NCBI GenBank assembly: GCA_036172245.1
Contig: JAYWIR010000038.1
Coordinates: forward strand, 1,860,001-1,924,000
Reading direction: 5' to 3'
Source: Raillietiella orientalis
Lineage: Eukaryota
Length of the DNA stretch: 64,000 nucleotides
Both the position numbers and the translations under genes were made by a program. The notes under the pieces were generated by a model. It ran no database searches, was not told where the DNA came from, and was given only the letters and a program-made list of their open reading frames with translations. This document shows, piece after piece, positions 49,310-61,959 of the stretch (its first letter is position 1; every line of letters begins with the position of its first letter).

Positions 49310-50260
49310 CGGCGATCTCCGCGCGTGGTAGCACCGAGCGTCGCGGGTTCGAATCCCTCCCGGGGAGGGTTCGAAGCCGGGAGACCGGGCCACGTACTGG
49401 ATTTCGAGTCCCCCCTGCAGGACGACACTGGTTGGCTTCGTTTGGCTTCCGGTGCGACACTGGTGGAATCCAGATGTCCTCGTTGACCGATCTGGCAGGA
49501 AGTTGACCTCCGGGGTCTTTTTATTAATGAAAGGAGACGATTTCCCTCTGGTTGCAAAAATGGAGCCGTATGGGTCTCCCTCCCCCGACCAAGGGCAGAA
49601 GAGGGCGACCTCCATCGCGTACATGGAGCTGGTTGACACCTTATTCGGGATGTCGTCTCTCCAGAGCGTAAGAAGCGCGCTCCTCCTTCGGGAAGCTCTC
49701 TTCATAAAAATCTCGAAGCGTCCCTTCGGGGTTTTCTTCAGAGAAGGGAGAGGCAAGGAGTGGATCCATTCCGGGTTCCCTCCAGGGAAGAAATGAGAAG
49801 TGGTCCCCTCTACATGGGGTCCCTCCGGAGAGAACAAGGAATAGGTTCCTTTCGGGGTTCCCTAACAAGTGTGAGAGGAACGGGCTTCTCCCACAGAAGC
49901 CTTTCTGGATTCCTCGACGGGGGTCACTCATAACTGGGAGAGTCACATGCAAGGCGGCGTGGGTGGTGTCCAAGAGCTTCGTGAACCCCTAGGAGAGCGG
50001 TTCTTTAGCACTCTGCGAACCACTTGAAAAGAGTAGAGGAGAACAAGGAAGAGGAGGTTCCCTTCGCGAGTCACTTCGGAGACCATCAAGGCGGGGGTTT
50101 CCTCCCAAGCGTGAGAATAACGGACTCCTTCCTCTGGAGCCTTCCTGGATGCATGAAGTGGTCCCTCCAGGTAACCCCCTGAATTGAAGGGTCACACGCA
50201 CCCTCGGGTGGCGTGGGACAATGTTGAGGAGCTCTGTGAGTCCCCCTGAGGAGGCGGACA
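49310..50260 (+). mobile_element. tRNA-headed SINE-like element with duplicated 3' part
   Basis: Head tggtagcaccgagcgtcgcgggttcgaatccc (B-box GGTTCGAATCC). The body is the reverse complement of 55040-55730 (e.g. cgtgaacccctaggagagcggttctt). The 3' block occurs twice (~49850-50010 and ~50095-50250). Confidence 0.75.
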
Positions 50261-50689
50261 GTCTTTCAGCGCCCCTCAAGAACCAAAAAAGAAGGAAACC
50301 CTTGAAAAAAGAACAAGCCGGAAGGAAATCAGCGGAAACGGAAGGGTCTTAAGGGGTTCCCGTCATCATCCCAGGACCATGGCAACGATCTCCCTGAGAG
50401 ATCGGTGCCGGCCTCTCTTTGAAAAGAGACGAGGAAGTTCCCCAATGCGCCCTCTCATCTGCACCGCTGCCGCGATCCTGTGCATCTTCTCCGGCTCCGC
50501 TCCTGCTTCGCGGCGCGCTCGCGGAAGTGCGCGCGCCTGGGCGACCGCTCCCGGGAAAGAACGCCGCGTCTTCGAAGGAGATCCCGACTTCCGCGACCGA
50601 CTGCCGCATGACGGCCCCCGGCCCGCTGCTCCCGCGAATCCCTTCAAGACATTCGGCTGAAACTGCGATCGATCGGTTCCCTCTTTGCT

Positions 50690-51720
50690 TCCCTTCTTGA
50701 TTTTGGGGGGAAATCCTGTGATCGTGGGCTGAGGGGAGTCCCATTCTCCCTGCTCTCTGAGGGTGCCGAAGGAAAGCAGGGAAGCGATACGACTCCCGCG
50801 TCAACCTGGATCAATAAATCCGGATTAAACAAACATCCGCGCAACAAATCCCTCGGGACGCAGGCCTGGAGCCTCTAGAATCGTCTCCGTGCTTCCCCGG
50901 CCCCCAGTGGGGGCTCCTTCCTCCTGGATGCAGCATCTCGGAGTGCCGGTGCGGTTTCCAGACGTCCGGAGCGACTTTGCAGTCATCCCTCGCGGACCCG
51001 TTCCTTCCACCCGTCGTCACCGACAGCGGGCGGCAGCACTCCAGCGGGGTGCCGCGGCGAGGTCCGCGGGTCCGACGTCGGTTCGGAATCGATCACACGC
51101 GCCCTAAAGACCCTTCGGGACCGCTGCGCTGCCGCCGCTGGGGAAGAAGTAGGAAGTCGTCTGCGGAGACGGAAAGCAGCCCGCTCGTTCGGGAAGGAGA
51201 GGGTTGGAGAGAGTCTGCGTCCGGAATAAGGGCAGACCCCTTTCCCTGACGAAATGTGCCCATTGCAGCCCTGGACCGGTGCTGATTCATCTCTCCTCTT
51301 CCTCTGCTCTCCCCGTCGCCCTCCTGGCATAGCAGAACCCGTTCCCGAAACGGGAAAGAGGTTCCAGATTATCCTGCGACCTCTGCTGCGCGTGCGGGCT
51401 CTCGGGGGTTCGTTGCTGGTCTCCTCCAGGCCCCTTCGGTCCACCTCCCTGCTCTCTTCGCGCCCTCCACTTCGTCTTCCAGCCGCCTCGCTAGGGGAGG
51501 TTTCTCACGGAATGGTGGGTTTTCCGGGAGAGCATGATGTGCGCTCATGGAAGATAAGAGAATTCCCTCCCTTTCCCAACTCTTGGGAATTCCCGGTGTA
51601 CCGTCGCGAGCCCCAGTGGCCAGCCTCCCAAATCCGCAGCTCCACTTTCGGGACTCCTTCCTCCTCCAACAATTTTCCCAATTGCCCCCGCGACAGTTCC
51701 ACGAGATCACCTCCACAGGA
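50690..51720 (-). mobile_element. APE endonuclease remnant of a non-LTR retrotransposon (L1/Tx1-like ORF2 start)
   Basis: MEVISWNCRG start motif, then DDCKV (~GDFN), DVWKPH (~DVWR..HP) and SAHDHR (~SDH), in order. Confidence 0.55.
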
Positions 51721-52691
51721 CGGAGGCACCCTCCTCTTCTTTCCCGGACGTTTCCCTCCTCTTATCCTTTTCATCCCGCCCTCCGTGCGAGGAGGGACTC
51801 TTGCTGAGAAAAATCCTCTGACGCGACAAGGTGCTCTCCTCATCCCGAGCCAGGAACCCCTCTTCGGCGCCCTTCTCCTCCTCCTCCTCCTCCTTCTCGA
51901 GCGAAGCAGCATCCCAGAAGCGTCCTCCCTCTTCTCCTTTGTCCACCCTTGAATTTTCCTTAGGGAAAGATCTGCTTCCTGCTTGAGCCACTTTGCCTCA
52001 TTTCCTTCTTCTTAGGAGCCCCTGGCCTTTGCCTCGGGCTTACCGAACAGTTCCCTGGACGTCCCAGGAGGGCCACGGCAAAGGACCTGCGTACTCTTCA
52101 AGAGTTCTTCCCTGAAGCCGGAATCCCTGTCATCCAGGAAAAGGAGGAGGAGATGCGCTACGGAGATTTGCCGGAAGGTGTGCGGGCGGTGTGGAGAGGG
52201 AGCTCTGCCCGCGACCGATGTAATTGAAAACCGAAACCATGGAGACGAAAAGGCTCATCAGGCATCTCTGGAGGCTCTCCTGAGCGTGTGTAGAGGGATC
52301 AGCGTGTTTTGAGAGATAGGAGGGGAGAGTAGAGACGCTCGCGTCCTCCCTCCTCGATCGGAATCCCGGACTTCCCGAAATAAAAGCCAGGGGCGGAAAT
52401 AAAGGGTGGGATGGATCGGAGGCGGCGAGCGGGGTGTTCTCGCCTTATCAGGATGAAACATCCGGGTTCCGCGTCTCTCACTTCTGCTTGAGTTCGCTCT
52501 CTTCCTGTAGGTGTCTCCCCACCCATGCACTCCTTTCCCGGAGCTTCCGGGGGCGCCTTCCTCCTGGCCCGACCTACCGACTGTCACGGAAGGCAGGAAA
52601 CAGACCGCCGATGGGGATATTTGCAGAGGGTGCGATAGAGCAGTGTGCCCTTAGCCGCATCCCGTTGCCTCATGCGGATGGACCTTTCGCT

Positions 52692-52945
52692 TAGGCAGAG
52701 GAGGAATGGAGTAAGAGTAGTAGGGATGGAAAGGGAGTGGCAAGAATGCGAGTGAAGTAGTAGGAATGGAGGGAGAGTGGTGGGGTTGGAAGTGGAGCAG
52801 TAGAAAGGAGGTAGGAGTAGTATGGATGGAGTAGAAGTAGTACGAATAGGAGTGGAGTAGTTGGAATTGGAGAAAGAGTGGTTGGAATGGAAAAGGTAAG
52901 GAGGAGGAATGGAAAGAGAGGAAGAAGAGGAAGAGGAGGAGGCAT
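52692..52945. repeat. Purine-rich low-complexity degenerate repeat (GGAATGG/AGTAG units)
   Basis: ~250 bp with almost no C on the + strand. Confidence 0.75.
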
Positions 52946-53149
52946 TGCCAAAGAGTTGGTCCAGGAAGGAGGTGAAGGCCGTTTCCGGGAAAGCGCTGGC
53001 GAGAGGCAACCGTGAGTGTGCGAAACCGCATCTCGGGGACAGTTTTTTCCCTTCTCGTTTCTCTTCCCGTGTCTTCCTCCCGATCTGCCGAGCTTGGTCG
53101 CAGGAAGGAAATCGTCAGGAAGTGCGTAGTCCAGGGCGTAACAGTTACC

Positions 53150-53750
53150 TTTCCAACGTCCGAGTAGGCCTCCTCGGCCGCTCCGCGCTAAGGTGGAGTT
53201 CCCTCGTCAGACGCAGAGCCCATTCCGTCTCGGGCGCAGAGGGGTCGCTCTCTCACTCCTTCGTGGCGCGCGCCACTAGGGTTCGGCATTGCCCGCCTGC
53301 CGGCGGCCCGCCGCGAGATGAGAGAGGGTCAGAGAGAGGAACCGCCGTCCTTCCGTTTCCAGACTCCTCCGTTCGGTCCTACCTTTCCTTCCCCTTTCGC
53401 TCCCAGGAACTCTTCTCGGTTCGTTCCGGGATCGCAGAGGCAGTTGGGACGCGTCGCAGAGCTCCTCGTCAGAGCGCAGATCCCAGTTCGTCCCCAAGGG
53501 ATCCAAGACGAGGGATCGCAGCTCGTCTCCAGAGAACGGCGCCCGAGGGGCGAAAGGCCCGGTCGTTTGCAGAGGATGAGGAAAATCCGGGATTCCCTGC
53601 ACTGCGGGGGGTAAACTCCCTCCAATTCCTGGATTTTGTCCGTCTCCTGGTTCCAGCGGCCTCCACCGCGCTTCTCGGGAAAGGAAAGTGCCATCCTCTA
53701 AGGAAGGGCGCCGCAGGGCTACCTGGCTTTGCCCGAGCCCCGTGCATCTC
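53150..53750 (-). mobile_element. Non-LTR reverse transcriptase fragment (L1/Tx1-like)
   Basis: KSRNWREFT (~KNWRPIT), CRESRIFLILCKR (~C.DYKI.AK.L..R), WIPWGR (~VPGR). Confidence 0.35.
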
Positions 53751-55039
53751 ACAGACCTTTTCGCCACGACAGAGAGGGTGATCGGGAGGGAGCGGGTAGG
53801 CACCCGTAGGGCTCAAGGAGGCACCCATCCCAACGCAAGGGATAAAAAAGGGAAGACGACCCTGTGGAGCGTTCCTCCGTATGCCAGGTGCCGGAGGAAG
53901 ACGACCGCTCGAGGCTCGCCATGGTCCTCCGGATGCTGCGCCGCTCTATCACTGCGCGGAGGACGACCTCATCTCTTCTGTGATCGCCCTCCTTCGTAGC
54001 GACCTCTCCTCTGGTTATCTGCAGTTCCCGGGTGCCCATTCCTCGCTGTTCCTCCCCTTCCTGATTCCTTCCGGTCGGGGTGCGCCCTACCCCTGTAGTC
54101 CAGCTTGCGCTTCCTTCCCGGATGAGCGAACCTTCAGGTCCTTTCAAGGGGGAATGCATGCCTCCCGCTCGTGTAAGGGCAGAAGCGCGCCATCTCCTAA
54201 ACGTAGCTGCCGCCTGCCTGTAGCCCCGGAAACCGAGAGGGGCGTTCGGACGGAGAGACGGAGAACGTCGCTCGGACGCACCTCGTCCCAGGGATTCTTC
54301 CTGCCCCTCGGACCACCGGGGCAGGAACACGAATGGCATATCCTGAGCAGCGACTGAGACGTTCCCGTGCAGGAACGGCTTCCGGGTTTGCTCCCCCCCC
54401 CACCCACTGCGGCGAGCTGGCGTCCCCTGCCTCGTCCTCGCAGGCACTCCGCCGGGGGATGGCACGCACGTCAGATGCGCCAAGCAAAACGATGGTTAGG
54501 AAGGCTGGAAAGAAGGACTGGACAGAGGCTGACAGTCCCGTTGCAGCACGCGCGATATCTGCTCCTTTCTCTTTTCCCCTCCTCTTTCCCTCAGCCTGCA
54601 CTCAGACTCAGCAGCGTGTCTCCAAGACAACGTTCGGAAAACAAATTCATCCGACCTTTCGAAGCCACACGTCCCAGAAGGAAAAAATGACCACGGGACG
54701 GAAACGGGGACAATCACTAGAAGCTCCCCGCACCTAAAAGAGAGATTACCACTCCTGCTTCAGCGCGAGGACAAGAATGAGTCCCGGAGGGTTCGACGGA
54801 AGAGGGACTGCTTCAAGGGTGCAGAGGAAAAGGGCTGTGGCGGCTGCTTCCTCCAGCAGAGGAGCTCCGGACACAGGTCCACCCACGCTTCCAACTCCCC
54901 ACTTCCCAACCTCTATCTTTCAGACTTTAATTCTCCTTCCGGCCTTCTCCAGTTCCCGCCATCCCTCCTGTCTCGACAGAGAGACCCACCTGTTCCTTTC
55001 TCTTGAGAAGAATGGAGGACTATTCTTCTCAAGAGGATC

Positions 55040-55730
55040 TAAGAGTGCCTAAGAACCGCTCTCCTAGGGGTTCACGAGGCTCTTCAGCACCGTCCACGCC
55101 GCCCGAGGGCGCGTGTGACTCTTAGTAGGTGTTAGGGAGTGACTCCGGAGGGACCGCCCTATGAATCCAGGAAGGCTCCGGTGGGAGGAGCCCGTTCCTC
55201 TTACGCTTGAGAGGAGATCCTCTACCCTAGTGGTCTCTGGAGGGATGGGATAGGAGGCCACTCCTCGTTTCATCTCCGGAGGGAAGGATCCGCTCCTGAA
55301 TTTCTTCTCCAGGAGGAACTCTCTAGGGAACCTCTCTTTTTTCCTCCTCTGAAGAGAACCCCAAAGGAATGCTTCCCAATTTTTCTGAAGGAGCGCTTCC
55401 CGAAGGGAGCAGCGCTCTTCTTGATACTCTGGAGAGCCCCTCCATGGTGCTCGACGGCTCCATTCCCTTAACCAGAGGGGAGCATCGATGCTGCTTGATT
55501 CCTGGGAGGACCCCAGAAGATCGAATTCCAATTCTGGTCAGTCAACGGGGGGCACCCAGCTTCCACCACTGCCTCACCCAAAACCAACCGAGCCCAGCCA
55601 GCTCCATCCTGTGAGAGGGACTCGAAACCCACGATGCGGCCCGATTTCTCAGTTTCGATCCTCCCAAAAGTGGGATTCGAACCCGCATCGCTTGATGATA
55701 CGCGAGAAGGAGACCAGAGCCACACCAACG
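55040..55730 (-). mobile_element. tRNA-headed SINE-like element
   Basis: gggattcgaacccgc at ~55672 (B-box on - strand), a second gggactcgaaaccc at ~55617, and a body shared with four other copies. Confidence 0.75.
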
Positions 55731-57660
55731 CGAGCCACCCTTCCGTCGGCCACTGCCTTCCTACCTCCTCATTCCGAGCGCCATCCCACCTCTCTTCGGC
55801 AAAAAAGGCGGTTTGCGTCACGAGGTCGGCCTCTATGAGGATCGCCTTCGTGAGTCGCAAATAGATGGCGCTCGCGTCCGTTTCGAGACCTCGGGGTTCA
55901 TCACGAGCGCTACGGCGACTCCGTGCGGACAGACTGGACATGGTGAAACTAAACGCATGGGCCCTCCCCGAACGCTGGGACACGGCGCGCAAATATTCTG
56001 GTGCTCCTGTTTCCTAGGCAACGGTTCTCCGGACTTCGGAGCCCGGAGGACTGAGGGAGGGGCAAAAACCGTACGGAGCGGCGCTTGCTGATGATCTCCG
56101 ATGCGTTCGCTCTCTTGCAGGTCAAGCAGTGCACTTCCTTGATCTCTCTATTCCCGGAAAAGCAGGTGGGATTCACATAAGAGATGCTCGTACCTTCCCT
56201 TTCTCCTCATCCTCACCTCCTCCACCTCCAGAGGAACAAAAAACAAAACAAAACAAAAAACACTGTTGGATACTATTCCTGGGATGTGAGTCTCTTAGAC
56301 TGCGGTTGCCTCGGCAACGAGCCTGGTGATACCCGAGCAGTGCCTCTCCGACCCACTCGAGAACTCCCCGCTTTCGGGCTCCTTTTCTCCGCTTGCTCGA
56401 ATTCGGGGACTTGAAGCAGTTGGGATTCGCGTACCGACCACCAGTGCCGGGGGTCAAAACGAATACGGGATCTTGCCTCGGAGGAAAAACTCCCGTGAGG
56501 CAGCTGGGAGTTCTCAATCGAGAGGAACGGGCGCCAGGAGTTTCCTGCATCCCGACTGAAAGTCAGCGGGATGAGCGCTGCCGAGAGGAGCAGCTGAAAC
56601 GCGAGCAGCAAGGAGCAGGGATCCCTCAGGCGAGCGAATGGGAAAATCGGAAATCAAAAGGAGGGATGCCCGCTTCCCACGAAGAAAGGAACTCGAGGGG
56701 TCACACGTGGCGCACAGGACCGCGGCGCGACACACGGTTGCTTTCCTGCTTGGACACTGCCTGCTGATGCTTCTTGCGCCCGAGCACCGGCTGCTGCCGG
56801 CAGGAAATTCCTGGGAGCTGGAAGGTGGGACGTCGCATGAGGTGCGCCTGCATGAGGTCCTCAGTGGGGAGAGGGGCGAAGTCCGCCGGGAACTTATGGC
56901 CGTCTTGTTCCTGAGAGTTCTACTGGGTTTGCTGCAGGCGAAGAGAAAAAAATCCTCGGAGAGAATCCTCGCCCCAGCTGAAGCTGAGGGATTGCCGAGC
57001 TCACTGTCTCCTGGGACACGGTCACCGCGTTCGTCGCACGCGGGACGAATGTCAGGCTCCACCTCCTCGGACCGGGAGGGAAAACCTGGGTCGTACTGCA
57101 AGGAAGGCGCTTCTCCTCCTCAGCGTGTTCGCAGGAGCGCGGTTGCGCACCCTTTCTCGGGGGTTTTCGGCACATTTTCCGCGTGTCAAGAACAGAGTGC
57201 ACCCCATCTCTTCTGCAGACACTGAACCCTACTTGCAGCACGTCATGGCAGGGATGTGCACGTCATTGTCACAGTCGGATGTCGGAGGCTTCCGACTTAA
57301 GTTCGTCTCGTTTGCCATCCTCGCAAGTCCTCCTCGAATTTCTAGGTCAACTTCAGGATTCTTCCGTTGAACGCGGCCCTCTTCGGTAGTCGTATCGCGG
57401 AAGGATAATCTGAGTTCCTGGAATGTAACAAGATCCGCTACCAGTTTCCGATCTTTGCATCTGAGTTGCTGCTGTCAGGACAAAGTGACCAGCGTCTTCC
57501 AAGAGGAATCTGCTTACGCAATGCGAAACGGGAAGCCATTTTGAACTTTCGCGCCAAAATAAATAAAGTCGCAGCAAGAAAGGACCACTGGTCCTTTTCC
57601 TCACACCTTTTTATGCCTCTTTCGACCAGCTCTTAGGCTACATTTCATCTCGCACATCTA

Positions 57661-58461
57661 CGAGGCGTATCTCAAAAGTAAGGGCCGATCGGATAGAAAG
57701 GAAGAACAGATGAGAGAAACAAAAATGTATTGGTGGTTCTAAACACATAAATCCCCGTGACATTTTAAAATTATACGTAGTCACCATTTTTTTTTCCAAA
57801 CACTTTTGATACCGTGGAAGAAGCTTTTTTTGAAAGCTTCTGCAGGTGATCAAAAAGTTCCCATTTGGATTTCTGAATTGTCTGGAACGTGCGGACAACA
57901 GGGTGTGGGACCGAAAGGGTATGTTTCTGGTGGACTTTATGGAGCCTGGAACAACTATCACTTCGCTGTGGAAACACTTTCAAAACACTGCGGCGTGTCA
58001 TTCAGAACCGACGACGTGGAATGCTGACATCAGGAATCGTTCTTCTCCTTCAAGACAACGCGCGCCTTGGCAACGCATGCTGTCTTCATGTTCCAGACAT
58101 TTCCAGACAATTCAAACGGGAACTTTTTGATCACCCACTTTACAGTCCTGCCAGTGACTACCACCACGTCTTTCTTCCCGCACCTCCAGAAGTGGCTCAA
58201 CGACTTGAGGGGGCAAGTGAGGAGTTGAAAACTGCAGTGCTGCTGAGCTGGACGAACCCCCAGGCGGCGGAATTTAATGCAGAGCATCTCAAAAAGCTTC
58301 TTCCACGGTATCAAAAGTGTTTGGAAAAAAAAAAACGGTGCCTACGTATAATTTTAAAATGACATAGGGATTTATCTGTTTAGAACCACCAATACATTTT
58401 TGTTTCTCTCATCTGTTCTTTCTTTCTACCCGATCGGCCCTTACTTTTGAGATGCGCCCCG
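57661..58461. mobile_element. Non-autonomous mariner (Tc1/mariner) fold-back element with long inverted arms
   Basis: TA on both sides (57659-60, 58462-63). Ends CGAGGCGTATCTCAAAAGTAAGGGCCGATCGG / CCGATCGGCCCTTACTTTTGAGATGCGCCCCG. Internal transposase fragment VWDRKGMFLVDFMEPGTTIT..LRRVIQNRRRGML..LLQDNAR..ELFDHPLYSP..KLLPRYQKCLE. Confidence 0.92.
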
Positions 58462-59329
58462 TAATAAGAAGAAAAAATGACTTTGGATTGCAAGAGCCTT
58501 GGACAAGATGAGATGCACAGTTGGTTCCACGCATAGCTGGCGGCACTGGGAAGTGCAAGCGCTCCCTCATTGTGCCCGCCGGCGCTACGAGAACCTCACC
58601 TTCCTCCTCCTTTTTTTCTGGTGTCTCCGCAATCACCGCCAGACTGCACGGACGCTCGAAGACCGATCCAGTTATGCATTCCGATTTCTTCGAGGCAGAG
58701 AGCTTCTCACCGGATCGGGTGTGTTCCTGGGGTCTCTCCTGCTACTCTCCTGCGCCGCCATCTTCGGCTTGTTCGCGCGATCCCCGTCTATCCGAGGGTG
58801 GATCGCCCTAATTTCCTGCTTGCCTCATTCGTTTGCGATGCCCGAATTATCTCGCATTCGTTCGGTCCCATCGTTATTCCAGAGGACGGCGACCTGACGG
58901 TATAAAAGTTGCACGGAGATGCCACTCAACTTTACGAGTTCCCCAGGAGAGCCCGCGTATTTTCGTGTGGTTGCATGCCATGACATCTTGCAACAAGCTC
59001 ATTAAAAACAACTCCACATATCGTCTACACGCATATCCACCCTTTTATAGAATGGAATGAAGTTATTCGTCTGAAAAAGGAAGAAGAAGGAAAAAGAAAG
59101 AAAGAAAGAAAAGAAAAAAAAAAAAAAAAGCAAGAAGGTTCTTATCGAAGCGCGAGTCCGAAAGCACCGTTTCGAATTCCCAATTTGGTACTCTTCGGAG
59201 TCTCCACTTTTCGGCAGGACGTTCGATGAGATGGGAATCTTCGTTTTTCCCGAATTTCCAAACGTAGGATGACACCGACAACAACGATGAAGAACGCTAT
59301 AAGAAGGTAATCGGTTTTCCGAAAGACTG

Positions 59330-61200
59330 CTTCCTTGAGACAGAAAAACCCAGCTGAGCACCTACCATTGGCCTCCTCCAGATTGAGTTCGCCTTACTGA
59401 GTCCTCTTTGCATTGATGCCAATCATGGATTCGCCTTATAACGCACTTGTTTATCCATCTCATGCTGGTACGAGTGCAGCTGGAGTGCGAGCCCGAGAAA
59501 GTGCCTATAAGAAGAGCAAGGCAAGGAGGAGGAAGGACTTGGGAGAAACGGAACTGCGAGCTGCAAAGGAACTCGGGAACCTATCGGATTTCTTGCGTGG
59601 CAGCCTCCTACAACACCGGAACGCTCATCAAGGAAATCGAAAAGACCGGCGTCAGGATGGAAGGAAACGAACGGTCGAATACGGAAGGAGGGAGCCGAAA
59701 GATCCAGACTTCGCCGATCCTCGGAGAGCCATACTAGGATGGATTTAGAAGAGGTCATCGAAAGTCATCCGAGGGAGATCTCAGCACGCGCAGCGCCATT
59801 CGCGGAGTGACCAGCAGCCAACCGGTCTCGACCCGAAAGCCTCGCCAGGAGCTCAGCGTTTCGTTTCTTTTCCCCGGACTGCCCGCTCGGACAGGGAGCC
59901 TCCGCTCGCTTCGTTCGTGCTGCGCGTTCGCACGCATCGTCCATCCCCGCATCCCCAGACATCCTGAAGAAATCTCAGAGTTTCGGGGCGTTCGGATGAA
60001 CGGGAAAGTTGATCGAGGGCTCCTTTATTTTCTGCCAACTTATCGGCTGGAGGAAACTTTGCCTTCGGGAATTCTGGGCATCACTTAGGACGAAGCCCGT
60101 CCTGTTTGGAGCAGCTGAAAAGACAAAACAACGAGCAAGGGAACCAAGAGTTTGCTTGCTCGCTGTTATGGCCCTTCGGTTGCGGTTTGCAGAGGAGAGG
60201 ACGAAACTTTCTGTGTTCTTTGGTTACTGGACCAAATAAGTGCCTCACTACAACATGAGAGGAGGATGCCAAAGATAGCTTTGGAGTAGATGATGCTACT
60301 TTTGTTGCAGTTAGGAAAAAATCAAAATCAAAATCCCTCAAAGTTATGTGACCTGGAGTAGAGAAAGCAAGGAGGATAAATAAAGCATCAGTGAATTATG
60401 AGATCGTTCGTGCGGAATAGGAGTTTGCCATTCTTGAGTTTTCAGCAAGGGCTTTTCCTTTGGCTCTCGAAATCAACTCAAGCTACCCAGATGAATTTCC
60501 ACTCTCCATCACCAAAGAGGAGCAACCAGGACCACCGTAGTAAAAACAGACAAACAGAGCGAACGGATCTGATCCTTTCCATTAGAAAGTTTCGCAGATT
60601 CAAGTGGTGAAACCTCGAGCAAGAAGAATTTGTTGGCTTTTCCGTCCTGCAAAACACGAGATGCTCCTCGTTTCAAAGTCCAACGGGAGAAGTTCTTGGT
60701 ATCTGTTCGCCACCGAAGGAGAAAGCAGAGCAGATGAGAAAACAACGGCAGCGGGAAGGCATCCAGCTTCCCTGTCCAGTAAGGATTAGGAAGTCCGTCA
60801 GCTATGCGACATCGTATCACACGTTTCCCAAGAGCAGCAGCCACCGGACTGCTGCTCTCTGTTTTGTTAAATGGTCCCCAGAACGAAATCTGGAACCGTT
60901 TAGAGGGAGTGACACAAGTAAAATGTAAACCCCCATTCCTTGGTTCGCCGGTTCGACCCGGAAGCGTTCCAGGCTCATGCTGCACCGTTCTGGAACCGTG
61001 TTTTCCGCCGAGGAAAACGGGAATGGTCGAAATGTCAAGGAATGTCTTCTCTGGACAGACGGGAGGAGGAGAGCGCTGCATCCCTCTTATTTTCCATTTC
61101 CCCTGCCTGCCTCTCGTCGTACTGATGTCTTCCGACGTGGTGATCCCCGCCCCAAAACCGACGGAAACCTCTCTGCATTCGATCTAAGCTCATCCAATGT
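59330..61200 (+). mobile_element. Scattered CR1/L2-like reverse transcriptase remnants
   Basis: YNALVYPSH (~LYNALV.PHL) at ~59440; SYATSYH (~AFDTV.H) and VRPGSVPG (~VPQGSVLG) at 60800-60975. Out of order, so at least two fragments. Confidence 0.3.
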
Positions 61201-61959
61201 GGGTCTCTAGGAACCTGTTTCAGCACTCTCGGGCAGTGTCAACGAGAGATGAAAACGAGGCAGATTGGATTTTCGTCTTGTATACCGGGTACATCTCAGC
61301 AGTGAAGCGAAAATCGACAGGTCCAGCTCGTAGAGGCATGCAAAAAAGAAAAAAAGGCGCAGACTTCGAATGCACTCGGGATCCTAGCAACAGGAGCGGC
61401 GCCACTTGCCGTGGCAAGTGGCGCCGGGTTCGCTCATGTCGCGTGAAGACAGATAGCGGAAGACAGGATGCTGCTGATCCCGCTGTGTTCTCGACCCAAA
61501 GGAAGGAATGTCTTCACAACAGGCATGGAAATGAAAATAAATAAAAACTGAATACATGAATGAATGAAGATCCTGATTGGCAAGCATTGGAAATATAAAG
61601 ATTTCCCAGTCCCACTCCCGCTGTAACAACTGCTTACAATATGTGATTTCTCATCACCTTTCAATCACATGCTCCTTATTCTTCCTTTTACTTCAACGTT
61701 GAGTTGTACATTGTATGTATAACTAGGAAACACAACTCCTGTTTCCTCATCACTGAACGAATCCCTCTGATTTTAAAAAATCCCTGCAAAGCGAATTTCC
61801 ATTATACTCCTGTATTTATACCATCTTTATATTGTGGAGTGTTTTTGTATACATTCGTGGAATCCACAAAAATAAATACATTGCCATTCCTGAACAAGTC
61901 TTTTTTTTCCCTTCCGGCATTTTTTTTTTTTCCAGGTTTTTCAGGTTTTCTTTTTTTTG

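Noticed and set aside
49320..49365. Possible tRNA genes at GGTTCGAATCC motifs (also ~42670, ~55675, ~62765)
   Set aside because: No complete cloverleaf is evident, and each is attached to the same repeat body, so they are SINE heads.
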